IMG/VR virus record: IMGVR_UViG_3300037755_000377
Location: 1 to 60,348 of that record
Origin: a virus
Taxonomy: Duplodnaviria > Caudoviricetes
Length of the DNA stretch: 60,348 nt
Direction: 5' to 3' (one strand)
Shown: in pieces, positions 8,539 through 17,638 of the stretch
Layout: every line of letters starts with the position of its first letter
How positions within the stretch are numbered: position 1 is the stretch's first letter
Position numbers and translations under genes: made by a program
Notes under the pieces: model-generated
Told to the model about the DNA's origin: nothing
The model's database searches: none
Seen by the model: the letters and a program-made list of their open reading frames with translations, nothing else

Positions 8539-8943
8539 GTGATGGAAATCCAAGAGCTGAGAGAAATCTTTGCTGATGAACTGGATATGGTTGGTAAGAA
8601 TCGTCTCGCCACAATGGTCCGGAGCGGTACCGACAATAGCAACGGCGGAACGGCGGCCATTGCTGCCATGCAACGAGCTTTGCGCCACGATGAGATCGGA
8701 AAGTTCAAGCCGATTATTTCAATCGGATTTGACAAAAACGGCGAGGCTGACTTTCGGGCCAGAATGGCGGTTGCATCGTTGGATCAGACGCAAATGGACG
8801 CTCTTTGCAGGATGATGCCTTGGGGCATAAAGACAGCCCTGGAGTTATGGCTTAACTACGGCCCGTCGTCGAAGGAAATGGAGCAGCAGGCCGCAACAGA
8901 ACAGGAAACGATTGAACACATACAAACCGTGAGACCTGTTTGA
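8539..8943 (+). CDS. hypothetical protein
   Basis: RBS GGGGAG, operon packing. Confidence 0.6.
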   Translation: MMEIQELREIFADELDMVGKNRLATMVRSGTDNSNGGTAAIAAMQRALRHDEIGKFKPIISIGFDKNGEADFRARMAVASLDQTQMDALCRMMPWGIKTALELWLNYGPSSKEMEQQAATEQETIEHIQTVRPV

Positions 8944-9278
8944 TGTTGAATCGCAAATTTTCCAATAACACGCTGTTCCTGAGCAAGGACGAACCTTTCA
9001 AGATCGCTCGTGTGGCGGTCGGTAAAAGCGCCGGAATGGCGGTTTGCACATATGCTTTTCCGGCATCTGAAATGGGTATTCCAACCGTTGGTTTTGGAAA
9101 TAACCTTGACGATTATCTGCATTATATGCGGCCGGACACAGCGCGTGCCGTGGCAGCCGCGCTGATCCAGGCTGCCGATGTTGCAGAGTTTGGAGAAAAA
9201 CAGCGCGGAGCGCCTCCCTCGCCGGAAGACTTCAACCCAGCGCGCGACCCGTGCAACCAGCCTGAAAACCTTCGGTAG
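8940..9278 (+). CDS. hypothetical protein
   Basis: Coupled to upstream ORF. Confidence 0.55.
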   Translation: MMLNRKFSNNTLFLSKDEPFKIARVAVGKSAGMAVCTYAFPASEMGIPTVGFGNNLDDYLHYMRPDTARAVAAALIQAADVAEFGEKQRGAPPSPEDFNPARDPCNQPENLR

Positions 9279-9294
9279 AAGGGAGCATAAACCG

Positions 9295-9594
9295 ATGACA
9301 ACTGATGAAAGAATTGAGACTAATGCAAACAAACTGTTGTGGTGTGTTCATGTCGCGGGACCTGACGATGTGTACGCAGAGCCGACGCATGCGGCTGCGG
9401 TCGCAAGTGCGGCCAAGTTGAACAAGGCCATATGGTCGAGACCAAGCGTGCCAGAAGATGTGCTGTGTTTCGCCTACGCCGATATCTGGCCGTGGACATC
9501 AGAACAACACGCAGCCTCTATGGTCGAGCAGTCCAAGAAGGAGGCTGAGCGGACAGCCGCTCGGGCCGCAGCGAAGACGGGTGAGACAAAATGA
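9295..9594 (+). CDS. hypothetical protein
   Basis: RBS GGGAG; LWCVHVAGPDD motif. Confidence 0.6.
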   Translation: MTTDERIETNANKLLWCVHVAGPDDVYAEPTHAAAVASAAKLNKAIWSRPSVPEDVLCFAYADIWPWTSEQHAASMVEQSKKEAERTAARAAAKTGETK

Positions 9595-9824
9595 CTCGTA
9601 AACAGCTTGCAGCCATCGCCTTCCTGGCCGGCGGTTTTCTACTGGCCTTTGTGTTGCTTGTCGGCTGCTACCTGATTGCCGGACTTGTTCTCATGGGCCT
9701 TGCGGGTTTGCTCGCACTGCCGGGGACTTTTTTTCTGTTGATGGTGATGGGGCTGGTTGGGTTCGGCTTGGTGGCCCTCTCGGTCAAGCTTGTGCCGGAA
9801 ACGGCTGATGCCGGTAAGCATTGA
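9591..9824 (+). CDS. small membrane protein
   Basis: Two hydrophobic segments, ATGA coupling. Confidence 0.6.
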   Translation: MTRKQLAAIAFLAGGFLLAFVLLVGCYLIAGLVLMGLAGLLALPGTFFLLMVMGLVGFGLVALSVKLVPETADAGKH

Positions 9825-10158
9825 CCTGCCATTCCCGCCATCAACAAACAATTTGTTTGTGAACAAGAAAAAGGGCGGCCGATACCGAAGCAAGGGTTAC
9901 GAGGCGTGGCGCGCGGAAGCGGGGTGGATTCTTAAATCCCAAAGACCGGAACACATAACGGGGGTGGTCAACGTGACGATCGAGCTAGGAAAACCTGACA
10001 ACCGCAGGCGCGACTTGGACAACCTCAACAAGCCCATCCTGGATTTGTTGGTCGACCACTGGGTGATTGACGATGACAGCATGATTCAGAAGCTCACGAC
10101 AAAGTGGGCGCCGGAATTGATTGGCTGCCGGGTGAGGGTGGAACAGTCAGATGCTTGA
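9808..10158 (+). CDS. rusA: RusA Holliday junction resolvase
   Basis: LPFPPSTNN, RRDLDNLNKPILDLL, IDDDS catalytic motifs. Confidence 0.9.
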   Translation: MPVSIDLPFPPSTNNLFVNKKKGGRYRSKGYEAWRAEAGWILKSQRPEHITGVVNVTIELGKPDNRRRDLDNLNKPILDLLVDHWVIDDDSMIQKLTTKWAPELIGCRVRVEQSDA

Positions 10159-10969
10159 TACCAACTTTTACCGCACGTCAAATAAGAGCTTTTTCTCGTT
10201 AACATGGTTGCCACAGCAGATAGCATTGTGCCGCGACTTCGTGGCCTTCGGCGTCCATGTGAACGGTATTGCGCGCTATTTCGGGTGTGATCCTCGGCGG
10301 GTGGATCGCCTTGCCTACCGCATAGGATGGAAAGTGGCCCGCCAGCGTCGTAGCTGGAACCCGGCCGCAAGAGAACGCTTTCAACGTGGGCTTGAAATAA
10401 TTGCAATGCAAGGCGCCAGCCTGCCGAGTCCACGGCCCCACCGAAAGACGTTCGAGCCCGTCAGCCGGTCCAAAATCAGCAATATCATCTCAAACGATGA
10501 AAGTGCTGATGAGATGGTTGAATTGGCAAAGCATGGATTCAGCCGCGCCGAGATTGCCAGCGTCCTGAACGAAAAGCACGGAACAAAGTTCACGCGAAAT
10601 TCTGTCTGCGGAAAACTACACAGGCTCGGATGGGTTGAAGGCCAGCAACTGACGCAATCTCAATTGGATGAAAAAAAGAGACAGGTTGCCGAGAGGGCAC
10701 GGCAAAAGCGCCGGTTAGCAAGACCGAAAGCCAAACGAGCCCGAACAAATCGCGAGGTGGTGCTTATGGATGCGATGCTGTGCGAGCCGATCGTGGAGAA
10801 TCCCAAGCTGCAATGGAGCAATGACATTACCTCTCTTGAGCATATCAAGCGCGGTCAATGCCGCTTTGTCATTGGCGAACCAAAAGCCGGGATGTTCTGC
10901 GGTGCCAAGTCAATCGTCGGACATTCGTGGTGTCCGCGTCATGCCCGTGCGGTTTATAGGGTGAGCTGA
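10151..10969 (+). CDS. GcrA-family cell-cycle regulator homologue with N-terminal extension
   Basis: GFSRAEIA...TRNSVCGKLHRLG and C-terminal CRFVIGEP...FCG...WCPRHARAVY. Confidence 0.8.
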   Translation: MLDTNFYRTSNKSFFSLTWLPQQIALCRDFVAFGVHVNGIARYFGCDPRRVDRLAYRIGWKVARQRRSWNPAARERFQRGLEIIAMQGASLPSPRPHRKTFEPVSRSKISNIISNDESADEMVELAKHGFSRAEIASVLNEKHGTKFTRNSVCGKLHRLGWVEGQQLTQSQLDEKKRQVAERARQKRRLARPKAKRARTNREVVLMDAMLCEPIVENPKLQWSNDITSLEHIKRGQCRFVIGEPKAGMFCGAKSIVGHSWCPRHARAVYRVS

Positions 10970-11202
10970 TGACACAAGCAGAACACATCCTAAGCCATCT
11001 GAAAAGCAAAGGGCCGATCTCACCTTTGATTGCGCTCAGAGAATACGGCTGCTTTCGCCTTGGCGCGCGTATCTGGGACCTTCGCCGGGATGGATGGCCC
11101 ATCGACCGCGACATGGTTTCAACGGAAACCGGCAAGCGCGTTGCCCTGTACAGGATAGGACCGAGAGAGAAGTGGCCGAGTCGGGGATTAAAAAATGTCT
11201 GA
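10969..11202 (+). CDS. small winged-HTH protein
   Basis: ILSHLKSKGPISPLIALREYGCFRLGARIWDLRRDGWPI. Confidence 0.75.
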   Translation: MTQAEHILSHLKSKGPISPLIALREYGCFRLGARIWDLRRDGWPIDRDMVSTETGKRVALYRIGPREKWPSRGLKNV

Positions 11203-11497
11203 TCATCTTACGGTTGTCGACCAGAAGCTAGAACATCAGATACGAGCGACGCAACCCGGAATGGCACACTGGGCCGGCAGCGGCCCACCCTTGAAGACGT
11301 GCCGAGAGTGCGTGTTCTTCGAGAACAATGGTTTCTATGCGCGCAACGGCAAACATAGGGGCGCTTTACAGCCGGGGCGGTGCAAGAAATACCAAGCGAT
11401 GATGCAAGGAAGAGCCGGCAACAAAATCGACCATTGGCTATCGTCCTGCAAATATTACAAAGCCAATGAAAACCCCCCGGCAATGTTTGATAAATGA
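11195..11497 (+). CDS. Cys-rich hypothetical protein
   Basis: TCRECVFF...CKKY...CKYY. Confidence 0.65.
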   Translation: MSDHLTVVDQKLEHQIRATQPGMAHWAGSGPPLKTCRECVFFENNGFYARNGKHRGALQPGRCKKYQAMMQGRAGNKIDHWLSSCKYYKANENPPAMFDK

Positions 11498-11526
11498 CCA
11501 GCGGTCGGTTCCTGTGATGACGGGGA

Positions 11527-11874
11527 ATGCCCATGAACAACGTCGTTGAGATAACACGTCAGGCGCCGGCCAAAGATTCTTTCGAGGAATTTTGGTGGCA
11601 TTATCCCGCCGTGCGCCGGCAGCAAAAAGCGCTCTGCAAGGTCAAGTGGGATGCCATCACCGGCCCCGGCATGCAAACGAAAATGTTTGACAAGGATTCC
11701 GATGCCTACGTTGAGATATTTTTGCAGGCAACCCCTGATGAGATCATATCCGGCGTGAAGCGCTACAGCGAGCGAATGAAAGACCCAAAGGGCCGGTACG
11801 GCTCATTTAAGGATGACGGCAGGTTTATCTGCTCAGCGGCTGTGTTCCTGAATCAAGGTCGTTGGTTAGACTAA
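11527..11874 (+). CDS. stand-alone C-terminal domain of a phage replication initiator/replisome organiser
   Basis: FEEFWWHYP...K...W and FICSAAVFLNQGRWLD motifs; no N-terminal HTH. Confidence 0.6.
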   Translation: MPMNNVVEITRQAPAKDSFEEFWWHYPAVRRQQKALCKVKWDAITGPGMQTKMFDKDSDAYVEIFLQATPDEIISGVKRYSERMKDPKGRYGSFKDDGRFICSAAVFLNQGRWLD

Positions 11875-11903
11875 CTGACACCAAAAATTGAGAGCACCAC
11901 TAG

Positions 11904-12698
11904 ATGTTGACAGAAACTAAAATTGAAAAGCCCACGAAGCCTCTCGGCATGAAAGCCTACGGCTCCATTGGCCATCTTCCATGCTCTCGCATCGGCTCCG
12001 GCGATCACTTTGTTCATGATGGCCAGCAGGCAATCTGCACTGTGAAACCGCGTAAGGGTGATCGCATCATCGTCTCCGAAAAATTGGACGGGGCGTGCAT
12101 GTCCGTTGCAAATATTGATGGTGAATTGGTGGCACTTAGCCGCGCCGGCTATCGTGCACGCGACGCGCTTTACGAACATTTGAAACTTTTCGATAGCTAT
12201 GTGGACGAGAACATTCACCAATTTGATGGGCTGCTTGTTCCCGGCGAACGTATTGTTGGGGAATGGCTGGGGATTGCGCACGGGACACTCTACAATAGAA
12301 CTAACCCGTTTTTCTCACCGTTCGTGGCCTTCGACATCTTCCGCGACGGCAAGCGTATCCTGATGGATGAATTTGATCACCGTGTAACGAAGGTCGGAAT
12401 CAGCCGCGCTTTCCATCTCCACGATGGGCCGGATGCGTGCACAGTAGACTATGCGCTCAGCAGCCTCGATATGCCAACACATGAAGGGCAATTACAATAC
12501 GGTTACCACGGCGCGTTGGAACCAGTTGAAGGGGCCGTCTGGCGTGTAGAGCGCGATGGTCTCGTCGACTTCCTTGCGAAGTTCGTTCGCCACGAAAAGA
12601 TTGATGGCAAGTACCTGCCAAATATCAGCAATGTGGAACCTATCTGGCATTGGCATGCCAAGCCGGTCAACAGCACAGCTATAACTGGAGAAACATGA
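11904..12698 (+). CDS. ATP-dependent RNA ligase family protein
   Basis: Motif I SEKLDG, GEW, AFDI, EGAVWR, terminal K motif; no OB domain. Confidence 0.8.
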   Translation: MLTETKIEKPTKPLGMKAYGSIGHLPCSRIGSGDHFVHDGQQAICTVKPRKGDRIIVSEKLDGACMSVANIDGELVALSRAGYRARDALYEHLKLFDSYVDENIHQFDGLLVPGERIVGEWLGIAHGTLYNRTNPFFSPFVAFDIFRDGKRILMDEFDHRVTKVGISRAFHLHDGPDACTVDYALSSLDMPTHEGQLQYGYHGALEPVEGAVWRVERDGLVDFLAKFVRHEKIDGKYLPNISNVEPIWHWHAKPVNSTAITGET

Positions 12699-12702
12699 GA
12701 TG

Positions 12703-12783
12703 AAATTGCCCGGCGCAGGTTGTGAGACCTGGCCGGGCTAACAAGGGCCAAGACTTGAAGGAACGAGCCCTGTTGAAGTAACT
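12703..12783 (-). ncRNA. putative ~80-nt counter-transcribed RNA with two stem-loops
   Basis: Minus-strand promoter TTGACA(12812-12817)-N17-TAGATA(12789-12794); stems 12740-12748/12767-12774 and 12708-12720/12727-12738. Confidence 0.55.
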
Positions 12784-12822
12784 CGCTATATCTATACGAA
12801 CATAGCGGTACTGTCAACTAAA

Positions 12823-13222
12823 TGTGGTTCCAGCCCGGTAGAAAAATGCCGATTGAGCGGTCTAAGTCGAAGAAAGCCGAAGGTTGGCCGCGAGCCTATC
12901 TATCGCGGAAAAGGCTGGCTCTGTCGCGCCCTGACAACCAGCGCCCATACGGGACGGGCAACCCCCGGACGGTACGAAGGCGGGCCAGTATGTCGGCCGA
13001 GTTGGCGACTTGGAACCATGCTAGTCTGTTGTGGCGCCGAAGAATGCCACTGGAGGAACTTGCGGGGACAACGCGAGGCCGGCCGAGAGGTCGGGGAGCA
13101 GGACTGAGTACTCGAACAACGTTCTATTGGTTGTTTCCTCTTAGCCAGAGGCTTCCGGCGGCAAACAGCCCATACCGGAGGGAGGAAAAGGGCGGAGCTA
13201 TGGGAATAGTTACAAACCATAG
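12823..13222 (+). ncRNA. large structured element (candidate ncRNA or origin)
   Basis: Long-range helix 12823-12832/13011-13020, multi-way junction 13023-13105, GNRA loops; overlapping ORFs look non-coding. Confidence 0.5.
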
Positions 13223-13286
13223 GGATTCATAGGATGACATTTGAAATATTTAACCAGTCGAGTCTCTCAAATAGAGGCTATCAGAA

Positions 13287-13523
13287 TTGGTAAAGTTCAC
13301 ACAAATGTATGAAGGTAGAGCTGGGTGGACGGAATGGATTCATCCATCGCCTGGATATCTCATGAAGTGCTGCGACTGTGGGCTAGTACACGAGGTTCAG
13401 TTCCGAGCTTTCGTTGAGACAAAACAGAACAAGCGCCGCAAGACATTCGAGGTTGTTGATCTGCCATGGCCGGTTAGGGTCAAATTCAGAGCGCGTCGGC
13501 TGCGCAAAAAGCGAGGCCGGTAG
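13287..13523 (+). CDS. small Zn-ribbon-like protein
   Basis: KCCDCGLVH motif. Confidence 0.65.
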   Translation: MVKFTQMYEGRAGWTEWIHPSPGYLMKCCDCGLVHEVQFRAFVETKQNKRRKTFEVVDLPWPVRVKFRARRLRKKRGR

Positions 13524-14117
13524 ATGGCAAAGACCCGTAGCAAATCAGGTCCTGTTACCGTCGCCTCGATCAATCGGACGCTGAGGCTTGCGGAAATGGA
13601 AGCCGCCGAGAAGGGCAATCCCGGAACCGGGGCAACCATTCTGCGGCTAAGGGGTGGTCAATCAAGCCCCATCGGCCGCATGGTGGATGCTGGCAAGATC
13701 GGCCCCGAGGGGCTATCGGCCGCTACCGAGATCGAAGAGGCGTTCAGTGCCATCACGAACGCGTTGTGGATCAGGCCAATTTCCATGGAGCGGCAGGATC
13801 GAAGCTATGGGTTCGGCGAGCCTGAGCGAATTGCCAACATCCTGGGAATATACCGAAAGTGGGCCGATTATTGGTCTGTTGCCAAAAAACAATATGGGTG
13901 TTTCGTGCTGCCCATGACCATTGGTGCTGTCATTGACTGGCGCTCGCCTCGCGATATGTGCGGGCAATACGGGGTGAGGTTCCACCGTTGCGAGCAGGCA
14001 ATCGTCACCGGGCTGATGGACTATGCCCGCCGCGCCGGCTGGTTGACGCGGGGCCAAGAGACCACATGGCTAGAGCGGGCAACGACGTTGACCACAACAG
14101 CTAGGGGGTTGACTTGA
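13524..14117 (+). CDS. putative late-gene regulator (Q-position protein)
   Basis: Last early-right gene, directly upstream of a strong promoter; C-terminal HTH-like segment. Confidence 0.5.
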   Translation: MAKTRSKSGPVTVASINRTLRLAEMEAAEKGNPGTGATILRLRGGQSSPIGRMVDAGKIGPEGLSAATEIEEAFSAITNALWIRPISMERQDRSYGFGEPERIANILGIYRKWADYWSVAKKQYGCFVLPMTIGAVIDWRSPRDMCGQYGVRFHRCEQAIVTGLMDYARRAGWLTRGQETTWLERATTLTTTARGLT

Positions 14118-14142
14118 CATATGAAACAGAAGTGCATAGTAA
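14114..14142 (+). promoter_or_regulatory. late promoter (PR'-like)
   Basis: TTGACA-N17-TAGTAA upstream of the tRNA. Confidence 0.65.
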
Positions 14143-14182
14143 TTACTAGTTACTCGTGTTGCGGGAAAATCCCAACAATTTC

Positions 14183-14258
14183 GCCGCTGTAGCTCAATGG
14201 CAGAGCAGCCGCCCTGTAAGCGGCAGGTTGGCGGTTCGAGCCCGGCCCAGCGGCTCCA
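14183..14258 (+). tRNA. tRNA-Thr(UGU), atypical
   Basis: GCCGCTG/CAGCGGC acceptor, GCTC/GAGC D-arm, GCCGC-CCTGTAA-GCGGC anticodon arm, TTCGAGC T-loop, encoded CCA; C at position 33 and a bulged G in the T-stem. Confidence 0.85.
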
Positions 14259-14397
14259 CCGACAATCTGTCGGTCAAGTAGCTTGATATTTTAATTGCGG
14301 CTCGTGGACTGGCCCTAGATAACCGGGAAAGCAGCTGCCCGAAACGGTCGGAGGTTTAGCAAACCCCGGCCGTTTCCACTTTGAGGGACGATCCCGT

Positions 14398-14670
14398 ATG
14401 ACCCGTGACGAACTCCAGAAGTTTCGCGACTGGGCTGATGCCAAACTGGCGGCTGGTCAAGAGCCTCCATGGGCTTGGTATCAATACATGAAACTCCGCG
14501 AGACCCTGGATGCCATCATTGGCGGGACCGATGCTGCTACGCCGCAAACGGGAAATTCACTGCAATCGGCAGCACATCAGGGAAGGCGTCTCCAACTAGT
14601 GGATGCCACGTATCAGCGAGATAGCGCTCAACACCATCAAGCTGATGCGCAGGTACAGCTGCCCATGTGA
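14398..14670 (+). CDS. hypothetical protein
   Basis: RBS GAGGGA; protein-like N-terminus GQEPPWAWYQYMKLRETLD. Confidence 0.6.
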   Translation: MTRDELQKFRDWADAKLAAGQEPPWAWYQYMKLRETLDAIIGGTDAATPQTGNSLQSAAHQGRRLQLVDATYQRDSAQHHQADAQVQLPM

Positions 14671-14877
14671 CGCGCAGAGTGCCATTTTTGCCGTAGGTAA
14701 GGCGGCTCAAAAGGATTCTAGGTAGGGACCTATATACAATTATGACCCAAAAGTCTGATAATATTCCTAAGACGTCATCGGTTGAGTTGATGTTATGGGA
14801 AGAAGTAAGCCAGCGGCTCCACCGGGATCACGATTTTGAGCACCGGATCAAATATCTGGAAAGCAATTTAGTGCCGC

Positions 14878-15087
14878 TTATCCTGGGAAGTTCGCAAATT
14901 GGTGAGCGAAACTCTTGGCTCGCCTCATGGCGCAATCTGATTGCTCGCTTTCGGTGCCATTATTGGGCACGAGAACAGAGATAGTCATTTGTTCAATGGG
15001 GCCGTCTAATTCGACCGATATATTGACCAAGACATTGGCGTCTGTCGGAATTGGCCCTTGGCCAACGATTTTGCTGCTAATTTTCAC
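14878..15087 (-). CDS. small hypothetical protein (moron)
   Basis: GTG start VKISSKIVGQGP...; protein-like composition. Confidence 0.5.
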   Translation of the reverse strand: MKISSKIVGQGPIPTDANVLVNISVELDGPIEQMTISVLVPNNGTESEQSDCAMRRAKSFAHQFANFPG

Positions 15088-15124
15088 CTGCGAGGTTTCC
15101 CCCGCAGGCGTAGCGTTCCGCGCT

Positions 15125-15211
15125 TTATCGGCGCGGAAGTGACCGCATATGGGCGCGCACCAATTCAATGCGCCCATAGCGGATGCGGTAGTACTCGCAA
15201 ACGAACACCAT
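15125..15211 (-). CDS. 28-aa Arg-rich micropeptide
   Basis: MVFVCEYYRIRYGRIELVRAHMRSLPRR with strong RBS AGAGGAG. Confidence 0.6.
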   Translation of the reverse strand: MVFVCEYYRIRYGRIELVRAHMRSLPRR

Positions 15212-15455
15212 CGCGGGTGCTCCTCTAGTGGAGCGGCCACGCGGTATCGAATTGTCCTGAAGTCGGCCTGTCAAAGCGGCAACGGGACAAGATCGAACCC
15301 ACGAGGTCGCAGGTTGTGATGATCTGTCACGCCGTTGCCGTGCGCTGTTCGCGCATTGGTGGCGGCGGTAAAGCGTGGGGTTCGGCTTAATACCGAATCT
15401 CACGCTTATTGCATTCTAGGCGGGAATCGGACCCATGACAAGAGCCACGTGGCGG

Positions 15456-15689
15456 TTAACCCCCGCCGACCGAGCGCGCATCCTTGAAAACCGCAGAAAC
15501 AACCCGCCTCGTGTCCTCAACGAGGCGCAACTGATCGCGCTCCGGAACGCCGTCAATGGGAGCATTTTCGATGCTCCGAACGATTCTGGATTCGAGTACA
15601 TCAAGACATTTGTGGAAGTCGCTTCCGGCGTATGCCCGAAGTTCTTTCGCTATTTCACCGAAGGCCTCGATCAGGGCTCCGGTGATCAT
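15456..15689 (-). CDS. small hypothetical protein (moron)
   Basis: Helical 77-aa ORF. Confidence 0.45.
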   Translation of the reverse strand: MITGALIEAFGEIAKELRAYAGSDFHKCLDVLESRIVRSIENAPIDGVPERDQLRLVEDTRRVVSAVFKDARSVGGG

Positions 15690-15943
15690 CCCTGAGATGC
15701 GGTCTCAGCTTGACCGTTCTATGGCCAGAGGGGATTATCTGCCGGTTCATGATAGGCTGACAATCATTGAGAATTATCTGTTAGCAATTGATTCCAGGTT
15801 AACGATACTTGAGATGAAACGGACTTATGTAGCTACCACACCTGCAAAAAACCGAATGTTTCCGACGCCGCAAGGCTCGGAATGACAGAGGACAAGTTTG
15901 CCTATCGACTCCTCACAACTAAGAGGCGTGATAGGTATTTGGC

Positions 15944-16132
15944 ATGGCCGTCAAGAAGCTCACAACGTTTGAATCGCTGTGGTCGCTCTGGATTCTCATT
16001 CGTGAGAACTGGCAGATCATTGCCGTTGCCGTCTTCGGGCAGGGCGGCATAATGTTTGGGTTCTGGAAATATATTCAGTTTACCGCCGACCTAGAAGGTT
16101 GGTGGGTCTATCCGTTTTCGGCGCGTTATTGA
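15944..16132 (+). CDS. small membrane protein, possibly truncated
   Basis: Hydrophobic, aromatic-rich ORF. Confidence 0.35.
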   Translation: MAVKKLTTFESLWSLWILIRENWQIIAVAVFGQGGIMFGFWKYIQFTADLEGWWVYPFSARY

Positions 16133-16463
16133 AGACCCGCATGGGAAAAATTCGGCAGAGACTCTGCCTATCCAAATGGCGGATGTTGCGGCCTATTTCC
16201 TTTTGCAGAGATACTCGCCAAACGCATATATCAGGAAACGAAGAGCCCACCTCTATTTCGATCGGCTACAACCCGTGCTCAACACGAGAGCCAGCAGATA
16301 CAATAATTTGGGCGTGGTTGTTTTATGATGAAGGCGGACGGTTTGTAAGACCGCCCGCCGGGGAAATCCTACTGCCAAGATGAGCTTGGGGTCAGATTAC
16401 AGTAGATATATAGCGTATTTTTCCTTTAGAATCAATGGGATGTAAGTGATTCACATCATTGAA

Positions 16464-16898
16464 CTATTTCATAATTTCCCACAGCATGTACTGTCCCGGC
16501 CCCTGTTCGCACCGGACCATGCCGTTGTCGCGCTGGCCTCTGAGGGCCACCCCGACCCGCTTTGACATCAGACGCAAGAGTCGTTGATCGCTCTTATCGA
16601 GCGCCCTTTCGACCAATAACTCCAAGGCAATATCACGGCTGGTCAGCGGTTCTGACGCTTGGCGGAGGATGCTGAGCACGATCCGGGACATCTGGCCCCG
16701 GTTGCTCCAATCCTTCGGCGGGCGGAAGGCTTTTGGCTTGATCGTCTCGACTTGGAAATCGGGGTCGAACTGGACGATCGTGGCGTCCAGGTTCTCTAGG
16801 TCCATGACCATCTTGCGAAGGGCCTCATGGGTCCTTTCGATGTCGCCCGCCAGTTCCGCCCGGCGCTTGACCAGCGCCCCGATTACGATGGATGTCAT
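16464..16898 (-). CDS. coiled-coil plus winged-helix hypothetical protein (moron)
   Basis: ALVKRRAELAGDI...LDATI...FDPD; C-terminal LSILRQASEPLTSRDIA wHTH; host-like codon usage. Confidence 0.75.
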   Translation of the reverse strand: MTSIVIGALVKRRAELAGDIERTHEALRKMVMDLENLDATIVQFDPDFQVETIKPKAFRPPKDWSNRGQMSRIVLSILRQASEPLTSRDIALELLVERALDKSDQRLLRLMSKRVGVALRGQRDNGMVRCEQGPGQYMLWEIMK

Positions 16899-17098
16899 CG
16901 GCTTGCCCCGGTTCGATGTTGCCAAGCCATTCCGCGATCTCGGCAAGATTCTCAGGGTCGCCTAAGAGCTTTTCGATTTCTTGGATGGTTTTGGGCTGTT
17001 TCACCGGGAAAACGTACCAATTCTGGGCGATTTCGTCATTATAGCGCAAGGTGTGCTAGCTACATAATACCGGATGAAAACGAGGTTTGTTTTTTGAA

Positions 17099-17638
17099 AT
17101 GCCAGCCGGTCGACCTTCAAAATATGACCCTACATTTGCCGTCGAGGCCGAAAAGCTATGCAAGCTCGGGGCAACCGATGCTGAAATAGTTGATTTCTTT
17201 GATTTAAAACCAAGCCATGACGAATGGCTCGCGGCCTGCCTGATGCTAATCCGGCAGGATCGGCTTGGGTTTTTGCAGGCCAGAAAAAAGGCACGGTCAA
17301 AACAGCGTAAGAGATGGTTCGCGAGAAACCCATCAATGCGCGTCAGAAATAGCATTTCGTCGCGGATGTGGGCAGCAATAAAGGGCAGCACAGATGGTCG
17401 GCTATTTTCTCGGCTCGGGTACTCCGCCGATCAATTGACGGACCACCTTGAGTGGCTGTTCGCGCCTGGGATGTCGTGGGAGAACTACGGCAAATGGCAT
17501 ATCGACCACATAAAGCCGTGTGCGGCCTTTGATCTGACCGACCAAGTGCAGTTTAGCGAGTGTTGGGCTCTGGAGAATTTACAGCCTCTGTGGGCCGGTG
17601 AAAATTGCAGGAAGGGCGCACGGTATGGCGCGGCCTGA
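17099..17638 (+). CDS. HNH endonuclease fused to a TerS-like N-terminus
   Basis: MPAGRPSKY...LCKLGATDAEIVDFF then GMSWENYGKWHIDHIKP...LENLQPLWAGENCRKG. Confidence 0.8.
   Translation: MPAGRPSKYDPTFAVEAEKLCKLGATDAEIVDFFDLKPSHDEWLAACLMLIRQDRLGFLQARKKARSKQRKRWFARNPSMRVRNSISSRMWAAIKGSTDGRLFSRLGYSADQLTDHLEWLFAPGMSWENYGKWHIDHIKPCAAFDLTDQVQFSECWALENLQPLWAGENCRKGARYGAA

Noticed and set aside
12822-13232. 136-aa ORF as replication protein, or region as group I/II intron
   Set aside because: No initiator motifs, no group II domain V or group I core recognised, and no interrupted gene.
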